Assembly: GCA_943788915.1 (NCBI GenBank)
Contig: CALSSD010000009.1
Span: 62,001-126,000 of the forward strand
From: an uncultured Acidimicrobiales bacterium
GTDB taxonomy: Bacteria; Actinomycetota; Acidimicrobiia; Acidimicrobiales; UBA10347
Direction of reading: 5' to 3'
Length of the DNA stretch: 64,000 nt
Shown here: in pieces, positions 36,953 to 46,930 of the stretch
Numbering within the stretch: position 1 is the first letter of the stretch
Layout of the letters: each line of letters opens with the position of its first letter
The notes under the pieces: generated by a model
Told to the model about the DNA's origin: nothing
Seen by the model: the letters and a program-made list of their open reading frames with translations, nothing else
The model's database searches: none
Made by a program: the position numbers and the translations under genes

Positions 36953-37912
36953 GTGAGTCAGCAGGACAGCGACCGTGGCGCTATGACGGTTCGGGTCGAA
37001 GCACCGGAACAGCAAACCCTTGTGCTGCTGGTTGAAGACGAGTTGATCATCGGCCGCGAGTGCGAAGGGCCCAGAATTGGTGACCCCCAGGTGTCGAGGC
37101 GGCACCTCAGGATCAGGCGTATCGGAACATCGGTTGAAGTGGCGGACCTTGGTTCGCCAAACGGGTCACACCTCGACGGCGTACCGCTCAAATAACCTCA
37201 GTGGGTTACCGAGCGTTGTCGAGTCTTAATCGGCGACACCACGATCTCCATCGATCCGCCACTGGCCCTCGACCAGCCCTCGGGCACTCGTCGCATCACG
37301 ATGGTGCGCCAACAGGACGATCTTCGCTCCACATCGATCGACGTCGTGGCCAACATGGTCACCTCGGGCCTCATCGATGCCGAGGCCAACTCGCTTGAGG
37401 GAGAAACGATCACCATCGTCTTCTCCGATATCGAGGCGTCAACCGAGCGGGCTACGGCAATGGGCGACGCAGCCTGGTTCGCCCTGCTCGAAGAGCACAA
37501 CGTCATCATCCGGACCGAACTCGCACGCTTCGGCGGCCGCGAGGTCAAATCGATTGGCGACGGCTTCATGCTCGTCTTTCCGAGCGTCCGGCGGGCGCTC
37601 CGGTTTACGACTTCGGCCCAAGAACGAGTCGAGGCTCCCGAAGGGCCCGACCTTCGTATCCGCATGGGCATACACACCGGCGAAACGATTATCGATGCTT
37701 CCGGTGACCTGTTCGGTCGCCATGTCAATCTCGCTGCTCGGGTCACGAACCTGGCAGCAGGCGGCCAAATCCTGGCAAGCATGGTCGTCCGCGAGATCGC
37801 TGCCGGCCGCGACGATGCTCTCTTCGGCGAAGCAAGCCAGGCCGAACTCAAGGGCTTCGCCGAGTTCCAGACGATCTACGAGGTGCTCTGGAGCGAAGAA
37901 GCCTCCAGCTAG
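36953..37912 (+). pseudogene. FHA domain + class III adenylate cyclase with an in-frame TAA at 37193-37195
   Basis: FHA motifs IGR, VSRRH and DLGSPNG, then VPLK*PQWVTERCRVLIGDTT in frame into FSDIEAST, KSIGDGFM, GIHTG and DLFGRHVNLAAR. Confidence 0.75.
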
Positions 37913-38169
37913 CGCTGCGGTCTACCGGTCCTCGGGACAACGCCACCAAGCGCAGCCAGCGAGGGGTCGAGCACTCATCGCCACGCTGGATTCCCACCGC
38001 GCTAGGTTTCCGCCACGCTGCGTGTTCGCCACAGACCAGATCTGTTGAATCACTTTCGGCCAGCCGTCAAGTTCGGTGTCCTTGCCGCCTTGGTCGAATT
38101 CAATGAGCAGGGTCTGTCATTGGGTTACTCAGCCAATCCGGTGTCGACAGCGAAGGCGTCGTGCGCGGC

Positions 38170-39033
38170 TTAAACCTGCAACCGGTAGCCGTCACCATCA
38201 GGATGCATCGTGCCCGCAGTCGGGCTGCCAAAGTGGGTGCCGATCACCAACGTCGTGCCGTCGGCCCATCCGGGGAAGACGGCGCGGCGGGTTGAGCGCG
38301 CTGCGTCCGAGTCAGTGTCGAACATCGTTGACAGGTCAGGGTCGGCGATCTGTAACGGGTTGTGGGTCATGTCACCGGTGATGATCGCCCGATCACCGTC
38401 GGACTCGATCACGACCGATATGTGGCCCGGCGTATGCCCTGGGGTCGGCTGGAACGAGACTTCGTCACAGACCCGGTGGTCGGCTTCGACCAGATCGGCC
38501 AGCCCCGCCTCGGAGATCGGTGCGACCGAGTCACCGAACACATCATCGCCTTCGAAGAGGCTCTCGGTCGTTTTCCAGTGTTCGTGTTCGGTCTCGACGA
38601 AGAGGTAACGAGCGTTCGGAAACGTCGGCACCCATGCTCCATCAACCAGCCGGGTGTTCCAGCCGACATGGTCGACGTGAAGGTGGGTACACACAACGTG
38701 GGTGATCGACTCGGGCGGATAACCAACAGCAGCCATATCGTCGAGAAACGGACCCTGGAGATGACTCCACAACTCGTTACTGCGTTCCTTGTCATTACCA
38801 ATGCACGTGTCGACCGCTATCCGGCGCTCACCAGTGTCGATGACCAGGCATTGGATCTTCTGCAGCAGATACCCCTGATCGTTCACGAAGTGGGGAAGCA
38901 ACCACGGCGCCTTGGCGGCCCGTTCGATGACACCGTTTTTGTCGACATCAGCGAACATGAAACGCGGCGATGTCGGCGTCTCCGATTCGACGATCGATGT
39001 GATCTTGACTTGTCCAATGGTCCACGAAAGCAT
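38170..39033 (-). CDS. MBL-fold metallo-hydrolase
   Basis: THLHVDHVGWN, TPGHTPGH, ITGDMTH and GTHF. Confidence 0.92.
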   Translation of the reverse strand: MLSWTIGQVKITSIVESETPTSPRFMFADVDKNGVIERAAKAPWLLPHFVNDQGYLLQKIQCLVIDTGERRIAVDTCIGNDKERSNELWSHLQGPFLDDMAAVGYPPESITHVVCTHLHVDHVGWNTRLVDGAWVPTFPNARYLFVETEHEHWKTTESLFEGDDVFGDSVAPISEAGLADLVEADHRVCDEVSFQPTPGHTPGHISVVIESDGDRAIITGDMTHNPLQIADPDLSTMFDTDSDAARSTRRAVFPGWADGTTLVIGTHFGSPTAGTMHPDGDGYRLQV

Positions 39034-39123
39034 GCGTGAACACTAGAACGGCCTCCGACCACTGCACTAGTTCGCGGCTTTCTCCTCGTCTGGACGGGGC
39101 CCCTCAGCGGCTCGATTGCTCAC

Positions 39124-40539
39124 CTACGCGTGGTGCGGTGGCCTGCGCAGATGCCAATCCGTCAGGTGCTGGTAGGCATGACCGATCGCCAGCACCTGGT
39201 CGTCGGCAAACGGCCGGCCGATGATCTGTAGACCCAGAGGCAGCCCATCGGGATCAAAACCCATCGGGACCGAGAGCGCCGGCCAACCGGTGCTGTTCCA
39301 TGCCGGTGTGTGCAGGCTGCGAATCGACAGCGCTTCGGTGCCTCCCCCGGTAAACGGCGTTGCGCCATGGCCGGTGGTTGGACTCAGCAGCGCGTCGAGA
39401 CCCTCGGCCTCGACCATGGCCGCGACCTGACGGCGGGCGACCTGGCGCACTCGTTCGATCTGCACGATGTCAGCGGCGCTGATCAGGGCGCCTTGCACGA
39501 TCGTGAGCCGGGTCGGTCGGCCGTAGTCTTCCCAGCGCGCTGCAAGCCGGTCGCGATGCCACGCGAATGCCTCGGCCTGAAGCCCTAAGAATGCACCGGC
39601 GGCAAGCTCGTCATAGAGCGGTACTTCGATTCGTTTCGCGGTCGCTCCGGCCGCGGTCAATGCAGCGACTGCGTCGTCGAAGACCGCGATCGTCGCCTCG
39701 TCGCTGCCCTCGGTGATGGCGTCGTTCACAATGACGCCGACGGTCAGGCCGTCGAGACCCCGCTCGAAGCTCTGTTCAAGCTGGGCGACGTAGTCGATAC
39801 CAGGCCGCTCGACCGTAGTGCGATCGCTCGGGTCCGCACCGGCCATCACGCTCAGCAGCGCCGCACAATCCCATGCTGAGCGGGCCAATGGGCCGATGTG
39901 GTCATAACTCATGCCGAGAGGCACACAGCCAGACTTGGGCACGAGGCCGAACGTTGGCTTATGGCCACTGACGCCGTTGTAAGCGGCCGGCAGTCGCACG
40001 CTTCCGCCCGTGTCGGTGCCAAGTCCGCCCAGGATCTGGCCCGATGCGACACCGTTGCCAGTGCCGGAGCTCGAGCCTCCGGTCCAACGATCCAGATTCC
40101 ACGGGTTGCGCGGCACCGGGAACGGCTTGGAGAAGTCGGGGCGTCCAATGGCGTATTCCATCGTCGACGTCTTACCCATGATCACGGCGCCGCCAGCTCG
40201 CAACCTGGCAACGACGGGTCCATCACCCTGGTCACCCCACGTCGGATCCATGGTCAGACTCTGCGCCGTCGTGGGCCCCTCATCGGTGCTGAGAATGTCT
40301 TTGATACCCAACGGAATGCCGTGCAGAGGCCCAAGATCTCGGCCCTCAGCGAGCTCAGCATCGGCTTGTTCGGCCCGGGACAGCGATTGTTCGGTGTACC
40401 GATCGAGCCATGTTCCCATCTGTGGATCGAGTGCATCGGCAGCCGCGTGAGCGCTGCGTACCAGAGCTACCGATGTCGTCTCACCTGATCGCAGGGCGGC
40501 TGCTGCCGTTCGTATCGTCCAGGGCTCTTGCCGGGTCAT
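39124..40539 (-). CDS. Amidase-signature amidase (GatA/AtzE-like)
   Basis: LHGIPLGIKD, RNPW, GGSSSG and GTDTGGSVRLPA. Confidence 0.92.
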   Translation of the reverse strand: MTRQEPWTIRTAAAALRSGETTSVALVRSAHAAADALDPQMGTWLDRYTEQSLSRAEQADAELAEGRDLGPLHGIPLGIKDILSTDEGPTTAQSLTMDPTWGDQGDGPVVARLRAGGAVIMGKTSTMEYAIGRPDFSKPFPVPRNPWNLDRWTGGSSSGTGNGVASGQILGGLGTDTGGSVRLPAAYNGVSGHKPTFGLVPKSGCVPLGMSYDHIGPLARSAWDCAALLSVMAGADPSDRTTVERPGIDYVAQLEQSFERGLDGLTVGVIVNDAITEGSDEATIAVFDDAVAALTAAGATAKRIEVPLYDELAAGAFLGLQAEAFAWHRDRLAARWEDYGRPTRLTIVQGALISAADIVQIERVRQVARRQVAAMVEAEGLDALLSPTTGHGATPFTGGGTEALSIRSLHTPAWNSTGWPALSVPMGFDPDGLPLGLQIIGRPFADDQVLAIGHAYQHLTDWHLRRPPHHA

Positions 40540-40757
40540 CGCTCATCGCCTGGGGTCGAATCGACAGCTCGATATACCGCCGCCGTCACTTCGTCACCGA
40601 CCGGAACTCGGTAGTAGCGATCGACCGTTCGACGAAGGCCGGGGTACAGCTTCGCGAGCCGGTCGACCTCGTCATCTGGCACATCAAGTCCCGCAGCGCC
40701 GAGCAGTGCCCGGACCATCTTCTCTTCACCGATTGCGCCACCGCTTACGTCGTCCAT
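40536..40757 (-). CDS. Small GatC/AtzG-like amidase partner protein
   Basis: 73 aa, ALLGAAGLDVPDDEVDRLA. ATGA overlap with the amidase. Confidence 0.55.
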   Translation of the reverse strand: MDDVSGGAIGEEKMVRALLGAAGLDVPDDEVDRLAKLYPGLRRTVDRYYRVPVGDEVTAAVYRAVDSTPGDER

Positions 40758-40876
40758 GTTTCGACACTACGTCGACGGCCACTACGAGCGACAGCTCGCC
40801 CGGTCTATGCCTCCAACCGAACCGAGTGAGCGACATCTTGAGTAGGTGCTGAACCCCGTTCAGTCTCCGTTAGGTA

Positions 40877-42619
40877 CTACCCGATCTGTTCGACCTCCGC
40901 GGTACCAGCGGCGACTGACCAGGTCGAGATTGTTTCGACAGAAGCTGTTTCGTCGAATTGATCGGCCACGGCGCGATAGGTCGCCGTCCACATCTCAGGG
41001 GTTACATCACACAAGGTGTAACCACGCCGAGTGTCGAAGAATCTCAGTTGGGGGTTGGTGGACAACGCCAGATCGACCAAACCGGCTACCGCAGCGTCTC
41101 CGTCGAAGAAGGACGATGAGATGCTCGACGCCATGAATTCAACACCCACCACGGGCAACCCGGCATCGAATGGATCGGATCGCAGCACGCCCACGGCAGC
41201 GGAGTGAAAATCGCCAGTCAAGACGACGAGGTTGTCGGCGCCATCGGTGGATCCGACCCCAATCGCCTGCAGGAGGCGCTGTCTCTCGCCGGCATACCCA
41301 TCCCAGGTGTCGACAACGACAACAGGCGGGTCGCCGCCGGGCAAGGCGTTGCCGCCAAACATAAACACTTGTTGCGCGAGTACGTCCCACACAGCGTCGG
41401 ACTCTCGGACGCCGGCCACGAGCCAGTCGAACTGGTCAGTGCCCAACATCGTGTGCTGGTCAGAAAATTGTTTGGCGTCGTCGCGCTCCTGCACCGCTTG
41501 TCCGAGCGTTTCCAGGAACGGTTCGTTGGTCTGCTGGTCGGTGCGGTACTGGCGAGTGTCGAGCACGTGAAAGCGGATCAGATCACCGTGTGCGTACGCC
41601 CGGTAGATGTCGTAGTCAGGGCCCCTCGGCGGATCGAGTCGTACCGGCGTGAATTCATACCAGACCTGATAGGCGGCGGCCCGTCGTGCCAGGAATACCT
41701 GGGAGTCGTCGTTGTTCTCGCTGGTGGCACCTGCGTAGTCGTTGTCGACCTCGTGGTCGTCCCACGTGATGATCCACGGAACCTTTGCGTGAGCGGCCTG
41801 GAGCAGCGGATCAGTGCGATAGAGGGCGTATCGGTCTCGGTACTGCTGCACGGTCTCGCACTCGAAGTCCTGACCGGTCTGGCGCCCACGCGGATCGGCG
41901 TAACCGCCGGAGGCGTACTCGTAGATGTAGTCACCAAGGAACACGAACGCATCGAGATTGTCCTGCTCGACCAGATCCCGGTAGGCCGCGTAGTACCCCT
42001 GCTCCCAGTTCTGACACGACGAGAATGCAAACCGAAAGCGCTCGGGTTGTGTACCCACCGCTGCGAAGGTTCGAGTGCGCCCCACGGTGCTCGCATAACC
42101 ACCCAGTGAGAACCGGTAATGGTAGATGGTGTCAGCAGACAGGCCGGTGGCATCGACGTGGACCGAATGTCCGAGGGCCGCCACCGCCATAGCCGCACCA
42201 GAGGCAACCATCTCGGCCATGTCGGGATCGACAGCGACCTCCCAGGTAACTTCGACGTCGCCATCGGGCAGCCCGGCAGACGGGTCGAGCCTGGTCCACA
42301 GGATTACTGAATCGTCGAGTGGGTCTCCTGACGCAACCCCGTGCATGAATGGGTCTGCCTGGAGTTCGAGCGCAGCAACCGTCGGCTCTGGTTTGGGTTC
42401 GGGCGAGGCCGTAGCTGTCGGGGTGGCTGCCGGCGCGCTTGTCGGAGCGGTTGTCGGCGTGCCAGTCGGGGTCGTTGCCGGTGCACTCGTCGGTGCAGCG
42501 GCCGTCGTCTCTGCGGCCTCGGGTGCAGACGAGCCGCTACTGCATGAGGCGGCGACCGCTGCCGCAACTGCGGCAGCGATGAAGCTTCGACGACTGATCG
42601 GTTGAGATGAATCGGACAC
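40877..42619 (-). CDS. phoD: Alkaline phosphatase D family protein with Tat/lipoprotein signal
   Basis: SRRSF signal and AS-C lipobox. FMHGVASGDP, SCQN, LGDYIYE, WDDHEVDND, DTRQYR and TGDFH. Confidence 0.9.
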   Translation of the reverse strand: MSDSSQPISRRSFIAAAVAAAVAASCSSGSSAPEAAETTAAAPTSAPATTPTGTPTTAPTSAPAATPTATASPEPKPEPTVAALELQADPFMHGVASGDPLDDSVILWTRLDPSAGLPDGDVEVTWEVAVDPDMAEMVASGAAMAVAALGHSVHVDATGLSADTIYHYRFSLGGYASTVGRTRTFAAVGTQPERFRFAFSSCQNWEQGYYAAYRDLVEQDNLDAFVFLGDYIYEYASGGYADPRGRQTGQDFECETVQQYRDRYALYRTDPLLQAAHAKVPWIITWDDHEVDNDYAGATSENNDDSQVFLARRAAAYQVWYEFTPVRLDPPRGPDYDIYRAYAHGDLIRFHVLDTRQYRTDQQTNEPFLETLGQAVQERDDAKQFSDQHTMLGTDQFDWLVAGVRESDAVWDVLAQQVFMFGGNALPGGDPPVVVVDTWDGYAGERQRLLQAIGVGSTDGADNLVVLTGDFHSAAVGVLRSDPFDAGLPVVGVEFMASSISSSFFDGDAAVAGLVDLALSTNPQLRFFDTRRGYTLCDVTPEMWTATYRAVADQFDETASVETISTWSVAAGTAEVEQIG

Positions 42620-42828
42620 GCAACCACTCCCGAGCGAAATCTTACTCTGCGGAAATTACAGCGTCGATCGCCAACAGATCGTCTCTCCCCCGCCACATCG
42701 GTTCGATGTAGCTCCGACGCCGTAGGTGACTAGCGGGCGATGCCGACCCCGAACTGAGTCAGCGTGGCCGCGCATCCTGCATCGTCGTTTCATACGGCAT
42801 CCCCACCCTGCTAGCTACCCACCAAACC

Positions 42829-43314
42829 TCAGACAGCGAACACGGTAAGGAAGACGACCGAGCCGCCGTCCGTCTGAACGACGTCATCGAGCCTGATCTG
42901 GTGGATGCCGCCGGGCAAGACGGTTGGATCTGTGTGGTATGCCCAGTACAGATCGAGCGGCGTCTGGTTACCACCGTTGTCGGTCCAGACGGCTGAAACG
43001 TGCAACTCCCCCTCCCAAACGCACACAACATCTTCAGGACAACGACTATCTTCAGTCACTGCAGTGACGACTACCGATGCTCCATCAACCACCGGTAGGG
43101 ACTGACCGACCAGACCCACCAAAACGATCGGATCGGCGGGAACCGGCACCGTCGTCGCCGTAGAAACAGGCACCGTCGGTGTTGCCACCGGCTCGGTCGT
43201 GGCCACATCGCTCGTCGGCGACGAAACAGGATCGGCCCGATCACCAACGGCGCCTGCACACCCCGCAGCGGAAACGACAAACACTAGAACCAACAGAGCT
43301 TTCAAGGACTTCAT
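42829..43314 (-). CDS. Hypothetical lipoprotein
   Basis: Signal ending AAG-C, a Pro/Thr linker and EDSRCPEDVVCVWEG. Confidence 0.7.
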   Translation of the reverse strand: MKSLKALLVLVFVVSAAGCAGAVGDRADPVSSPTSDVATTEPVATPTVPVSTATTVPVPADPIVLVGLVGQSLPVVDGASVVVTAVTEDSRCPEDVVCVWEGELHVSAVWTDNGGNQTPLDLYWAYHTDPTVLPGGIHQIRLDDVVQTDGGSVVFLTVFAV

Positions 43315-43426
43315 GACACTTTGACGTTCAGCATCTGCTCTGTGGTTCCCTCGTTAGCGAAAAACGGACTGCCCGTTGCACGACGAGAAGCCATCCTGGC
43401 TCGACACGCTCAAACGATGCTCGACG

Positions 43427-44263
43427 TTAGGCCTCGTCGCGGATGACCTTGAGTCCCTCGGGGTCAATGAGCATGCCGTGATTGATCTGGTTATTGCTGT
43501 GGGCAACGTGGTGCAGGCCAAAGGCGGACTGGATGGAGGTGTACATCCCCATCGCGTCGAGACTGTTGTTCACGCTCTGCTTCGCCAGGGTCAACCCAAA
43601 CATAGGCCGCTTGGCGATGTGCTCGGCCAGTGCGAGGGTCTCCGACTCGAGTTCGTCGCGCGGGACGACCTTGTTGACCATGCCGTGGCGTAGGGCCTCG
43701 TCGGCGGTGATGGCCCGACCGGTGAACAGCATCTCTTTGGCCAGCCGTGCACCGGCCTCGTAGGGGTGAACGAAGTACTCGTGCCCGTTCACGCCAAAAG
43801 CAACAACCGGGTCGCTGAAGGATGCGTCCTCGGAACAGACGATCATGTCCATAGGCCACACGAGCATGAGACCACCGGCAATCACCTTGCCTTGCACTGC
43901 ACAGATAGTCGGCTTGGGGATGTTTCGCCACCGCCAACACATGCCCACGTACATCTCGGCTTCCTTGGCCATATATCCCTCGGCCCCGGGAGCCTCGAAG
44001 TGACATTGGGTGCCAACGGTCGGGAAATCGTCCATGTCGGGCTTGAGAGCCGAAAGATCATGGCCCGAAGAGAAGTGCTTTCCGTCGGCCGCCAGCACGA
44101 TCACTCTGACCTGATCGTCGCGGGCCGCCTTGTCTAGGGCCGCATTCAGCTCGGAGATCATCAGATAGTCCTGAGCGTTGGCGGCCTCGGGCCGCGCCAG
44201 CGTGATGCGCGCAACCCGCTCGGAGGGGTTGTCGTAGCGAATTCGGGTCCAGTCGTCGGCCAT
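43427..44263 (-). CDS. Enoyl-CoA hydratase/crotonase family protein
   Basis: ITLARPEAANA, HFSSGHDL, KPTICAVQG..IAGG and EMLFTG. Confidence 0.9.
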   Translation of the reverse strand: MADDWTRIRYDNPSERVARITLARPEAANAQDYLMISELNAALDKAARDDQVRVIVLAADGKHFSSGHDLSALKPDMDDFPTVGTQCHFEAPGAEGYMAKEAEMYVGMCWRWRNIPKPTICAVQGKVIAGGLMLVWPMDMIVCSEDASFSDPVVAFGVNGHEYFVHPYEAGARLAKEMLFTGRAITADEALRHGMVNKVVPRDELESETLALAEHIAKRPMFGLTLAKQSVNNSLDAMGMYTSIQSAFGLHHVAHSNNQINHGMLIDPEGLKVIRDEA

Positions 44264-44360
44264 GGGTTGGAGATCTCCTCGATCGGTCAGCATCGCCCAA
44301 CCTAGCTCAACGGGTTTGCACCCCCAGCAGCCGCCGGTGCTCACCAGCAGTCGTGTTGCC

Positions 44361-45635
44361 TCAGGCCAGGTTTCTCAACTTGGCGTCGGTGAAGTAGGTG
44401 AAGGCGACCAGTGCCAGCCCGATGAGTGCGCCGTACGTCATGGTGTCGCCGGTGCCGATGTTATTGGCGATGATCCCATACATGAGAGCACCGAGCGGCA
44501 GCATCCCGATCTGGACGAGCGTGAACAACGCCATCACCCGCCCCATGAGCGGCTGCGGTGTGTTGGCCTGGATAAGTCCCTGATTCATGTTGATGTAGAA
44601 ACCGCCCGCGAGGCCCATCGTCAAACCGAGCAGCGCGAGCTGCCACAGCGCCGTCGTGCGGCCCATCAGCGCCACGACCGCAGACCCGACCATCATTGCT
44701 CGCATGAACGCGGCGCCCTTGTTTGCCATGTTTCCTTTGCGCATGACGATGAACGAGGTACACGCGATCCCCACCCCCATCAGAGCAAACGGCAAGGCCG
44801 AGTCGCCTGAGTTTCGGCCGAGCGCTTCTTTGACGTGGGCCTGCATGGTCACCATCACCAACGGGTTGATGGTGAGACCAGCGAGCATGAGCAGCGCAAA
44901 AAGCTTCCGAATCGCATGTTCGTTAAACACATGCCGCATGGCTTCGATGGTCTCGACCCCGATCGAACGCTTGGCCACAATCTCGACATGTGGCGGCACT
45001 TCGAGTGGCACCAGAGCGAGCAGTCCAATCAGGAAAAGCGCAAGCAGGAATCCAAAAGCTCCTCCGAAGCCGAACAATCCACCGAATAGCCGAGCGAAGA
45101 CATTGCCCAAGATAAGCGACAACGTCATCGCAATGGCATTAAGAGCGATTGCGCTGAACAGTTGCGCCGGAGAAACGAGGGCGGGGACAAGGGCTTGGCG
45201 CACCGGCTGACCGATCGCAACCGCAGCGCCCGACACGACGGCCAGGCCCATCAGCAACGGAAAGCTGGTCTGATCGGTCGCGATGTACACCATGCCGGCG
45301 AGCATGGTCACCGCCGAGGCCAGCTGCGAACCGAACAACAGTCGCCTTCCATCCCAGCGATCGGCCCACGCTCCCGCCTGAAGGACCAGGAAGATACCGG
45401 GAAGCCCAAGCGCGAAGACGATGAGACCTTGGTCGCTCTCAGCTCGATCGAGGCCATCGAGAACGAACCACGCAAAAACGAACCGCTGGGCATTCGACGC
45501 CATAAAAAAGGCGACGTTGTTGAGCCAGAGGTACTTGAACGCCGGAACCGTGAGCGCGTGTGGCGGTCGCTCGACGATCGACGAGGCGCTCGTCGTGGCC
45601 GACCCCGGATGAGTTCGCTCTCGATCGTCGGTCAC
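44361..45635 (-). CDS. MFS transporter
   Basis: About 12 TM segments, AGAWADRWDGRRLL and QANTPQPLMGRVMAL. Confidence 0.9.
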   Translation of the reverse strand: MTDDRERTHPGSATTSASSIVERPPHALTVPAFKYLWLNNVAFFMASNAQRFVFAWFVLDGLDRAESDQGLIVFALGLPGIFLVLQAGAWADRWDGRRLLFGSQLASAVTMLAGMVYIATDQTSFPLLMGLAVVSGAAVAIGQPVRQALVPALVSPAQLFSAIALNAIAMTLSLILGNVFARLFGGLFGFGGAFGFLLALFLIGLLALVPLEVPPHVEIVAKRSIGVETIEAMRHVFNEHAIRKLFALLMLAGLTINPLVMVTMQAHVKEALGRNSGDSALPFALMGVGIACTSFIVMRKGNMANKGAAFMRAMMVGSAVVALMGRTTALWQLALLGLTMGLAGGFYINMNQGLIQANTPQPLMGRVMALFTLVQIGMLPLGALMYGIIANNIGTGDTMTYGALIGLALVAFTYFTDAKLRNLA

Positions 45636-45849
45636 AGCCCCTCCATCGGCGAGATGCTACTGCGCCGCATGACGAAGATGTTCAGCAACGTGAGGACAGC
45701 AGGATGCCGCCACAATCGCAGACATCATCGACGTGTTCCCGGGCAAGATCATCAAAGCCTCCATGGCAGCCTTGGCAGGACCGGCATCAGCTTCAGGGGC
45801 GCACCCAGTCAAGGTAACCTGCCATCAGCCATCGCCGACAGGATTGCTC

Positions 45850-46890
45850 ATGACGGACAACATCACACACCGACTCACCCAGTTCAGTCACGGCGCGGGT
45901 TGAGGATGCAAGCTCGCCCCTGGCGAGCTCGCGCACGTGGTGCGCGGACTGCATGCCGATACTCCAGGTGAACTGCTCGTAGGAACCGATACGGGCGACG
46001 ACGCAGCGGTGTGGCGACTTGATGATGCACGCGCCATCGTGTCGACCGCGGACTTCATCACGCCGGTCGTTGACGATGCTCGGACATGGGGTCGCGTCGC
46101 CGCGGCCAACAGCGTCTCCGACGTGTATGCGATGGGTGGCCAGCCACTCTTCGCACTAAACCTTGTGGGTTGGAATACCGACGCGCTGCCGACCTCGCTA
46201 CTTGGTGAGGTTCTCGCCGGCGGGCAGGACGTGGCCACCGAGGCTGGTTTTGCAATTGTGGGCGGGCATACCATCGACGACCCTGAACCGAAGTACGGCA
46301 TGTCCGTTACCGGCATCATCGACCCAAATCGCATCCTTACGAACGCGGGGCTCGCTGTTGGTCAGGACCTGGTGCTCACCAAGCCGCTCGGTGTCGGAGT
46401 GATCACCACAGCGATCAAGGCCGACGTCGCCGCTGCTGCGTCGTCCGATGCTGCTATCGCGTCCATGACCCGTCTGAACGACGTTGGCTCTCGCGTTGCA
46501 CTCGCGGCCGGCGCAACCGGCTGCACTGACGTCACCGGTTTCGGCTTGCTGGGGCATCTTGGTCGCATGGCCATCGAGTCCCGTGTGCGTGTCAGCATCG
46601 CCTTCGATGCAATCCCCTTCCTTGACGGAGCCGTCGAGCTGGCACGCGACGGCCTCATGCCTGGGGGCAGCCGCCGCAATCTCGACTGGGGTCGTGAACT
46701 ACTCGACGCAGGCAGTCACGACGAGCTATCCCAACTCCTCGTCGCTGACGCCCAGACGTCGGGCGGGCTTGTCTTCGGCATCGATCCTGGCGAGACGGCA
46801 GGTGTGTTGGCCGAACTCGCGGACACTGGCCACAGCGCTGCGCTCATCGGCTCGGTCACTGCCGGTCCACCCGGCTTCACGCTTACGTAA
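45850..46890 (+). CDS. selD: Selenide, water dikinase (selenophosphate synthetase), selenocysteine form (Sec18 at TGA 45901-45903)
   Basis: MTDNITHRLTQFSHGAG-U-GCKL in frame with DDAAV, DFITPVVDD, ANSVSDVYAMGG, GGHT, DVTGFGLLGH and DAQTSGGL. Confidence 0.93.
45911..45929 (+). promoter_or_regulatory. Putative SECIS hairpin for selD
   Basis: AGCUCGCC-CCU-GGCGAGCU: perfect 8-bp stem starting 8 nt after the UGA. Confidence 0.6.
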
Positions 46891-46930
46891 GCCGGCGCAA
46901 CTACCTCACCCGCCGGAGGCTCGGGCCTCT

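Noticed and set aside
37193..37195. Recoded stop in the FHA-cyclase
   Set aside because: The codon is TAA and is not at a Cys-type catalytic position. A nonsense change or base error is simpler.
37915..38120. Start-less minus-strand frame (QTLLIEFDQGGKDTELDGWPKVIQQIW...)
   Set aside because: It looks coding-like but has no start and no recognisable family, so it is too weak to call.
45640..45849. tRNA-Sec upstream of selD
   Set aside because: There is only a 7-bp inverted repeat (TGGCAGG/CCTGCCA). No cloverleaf, T-loop or proper UCA anticodon arm is present.
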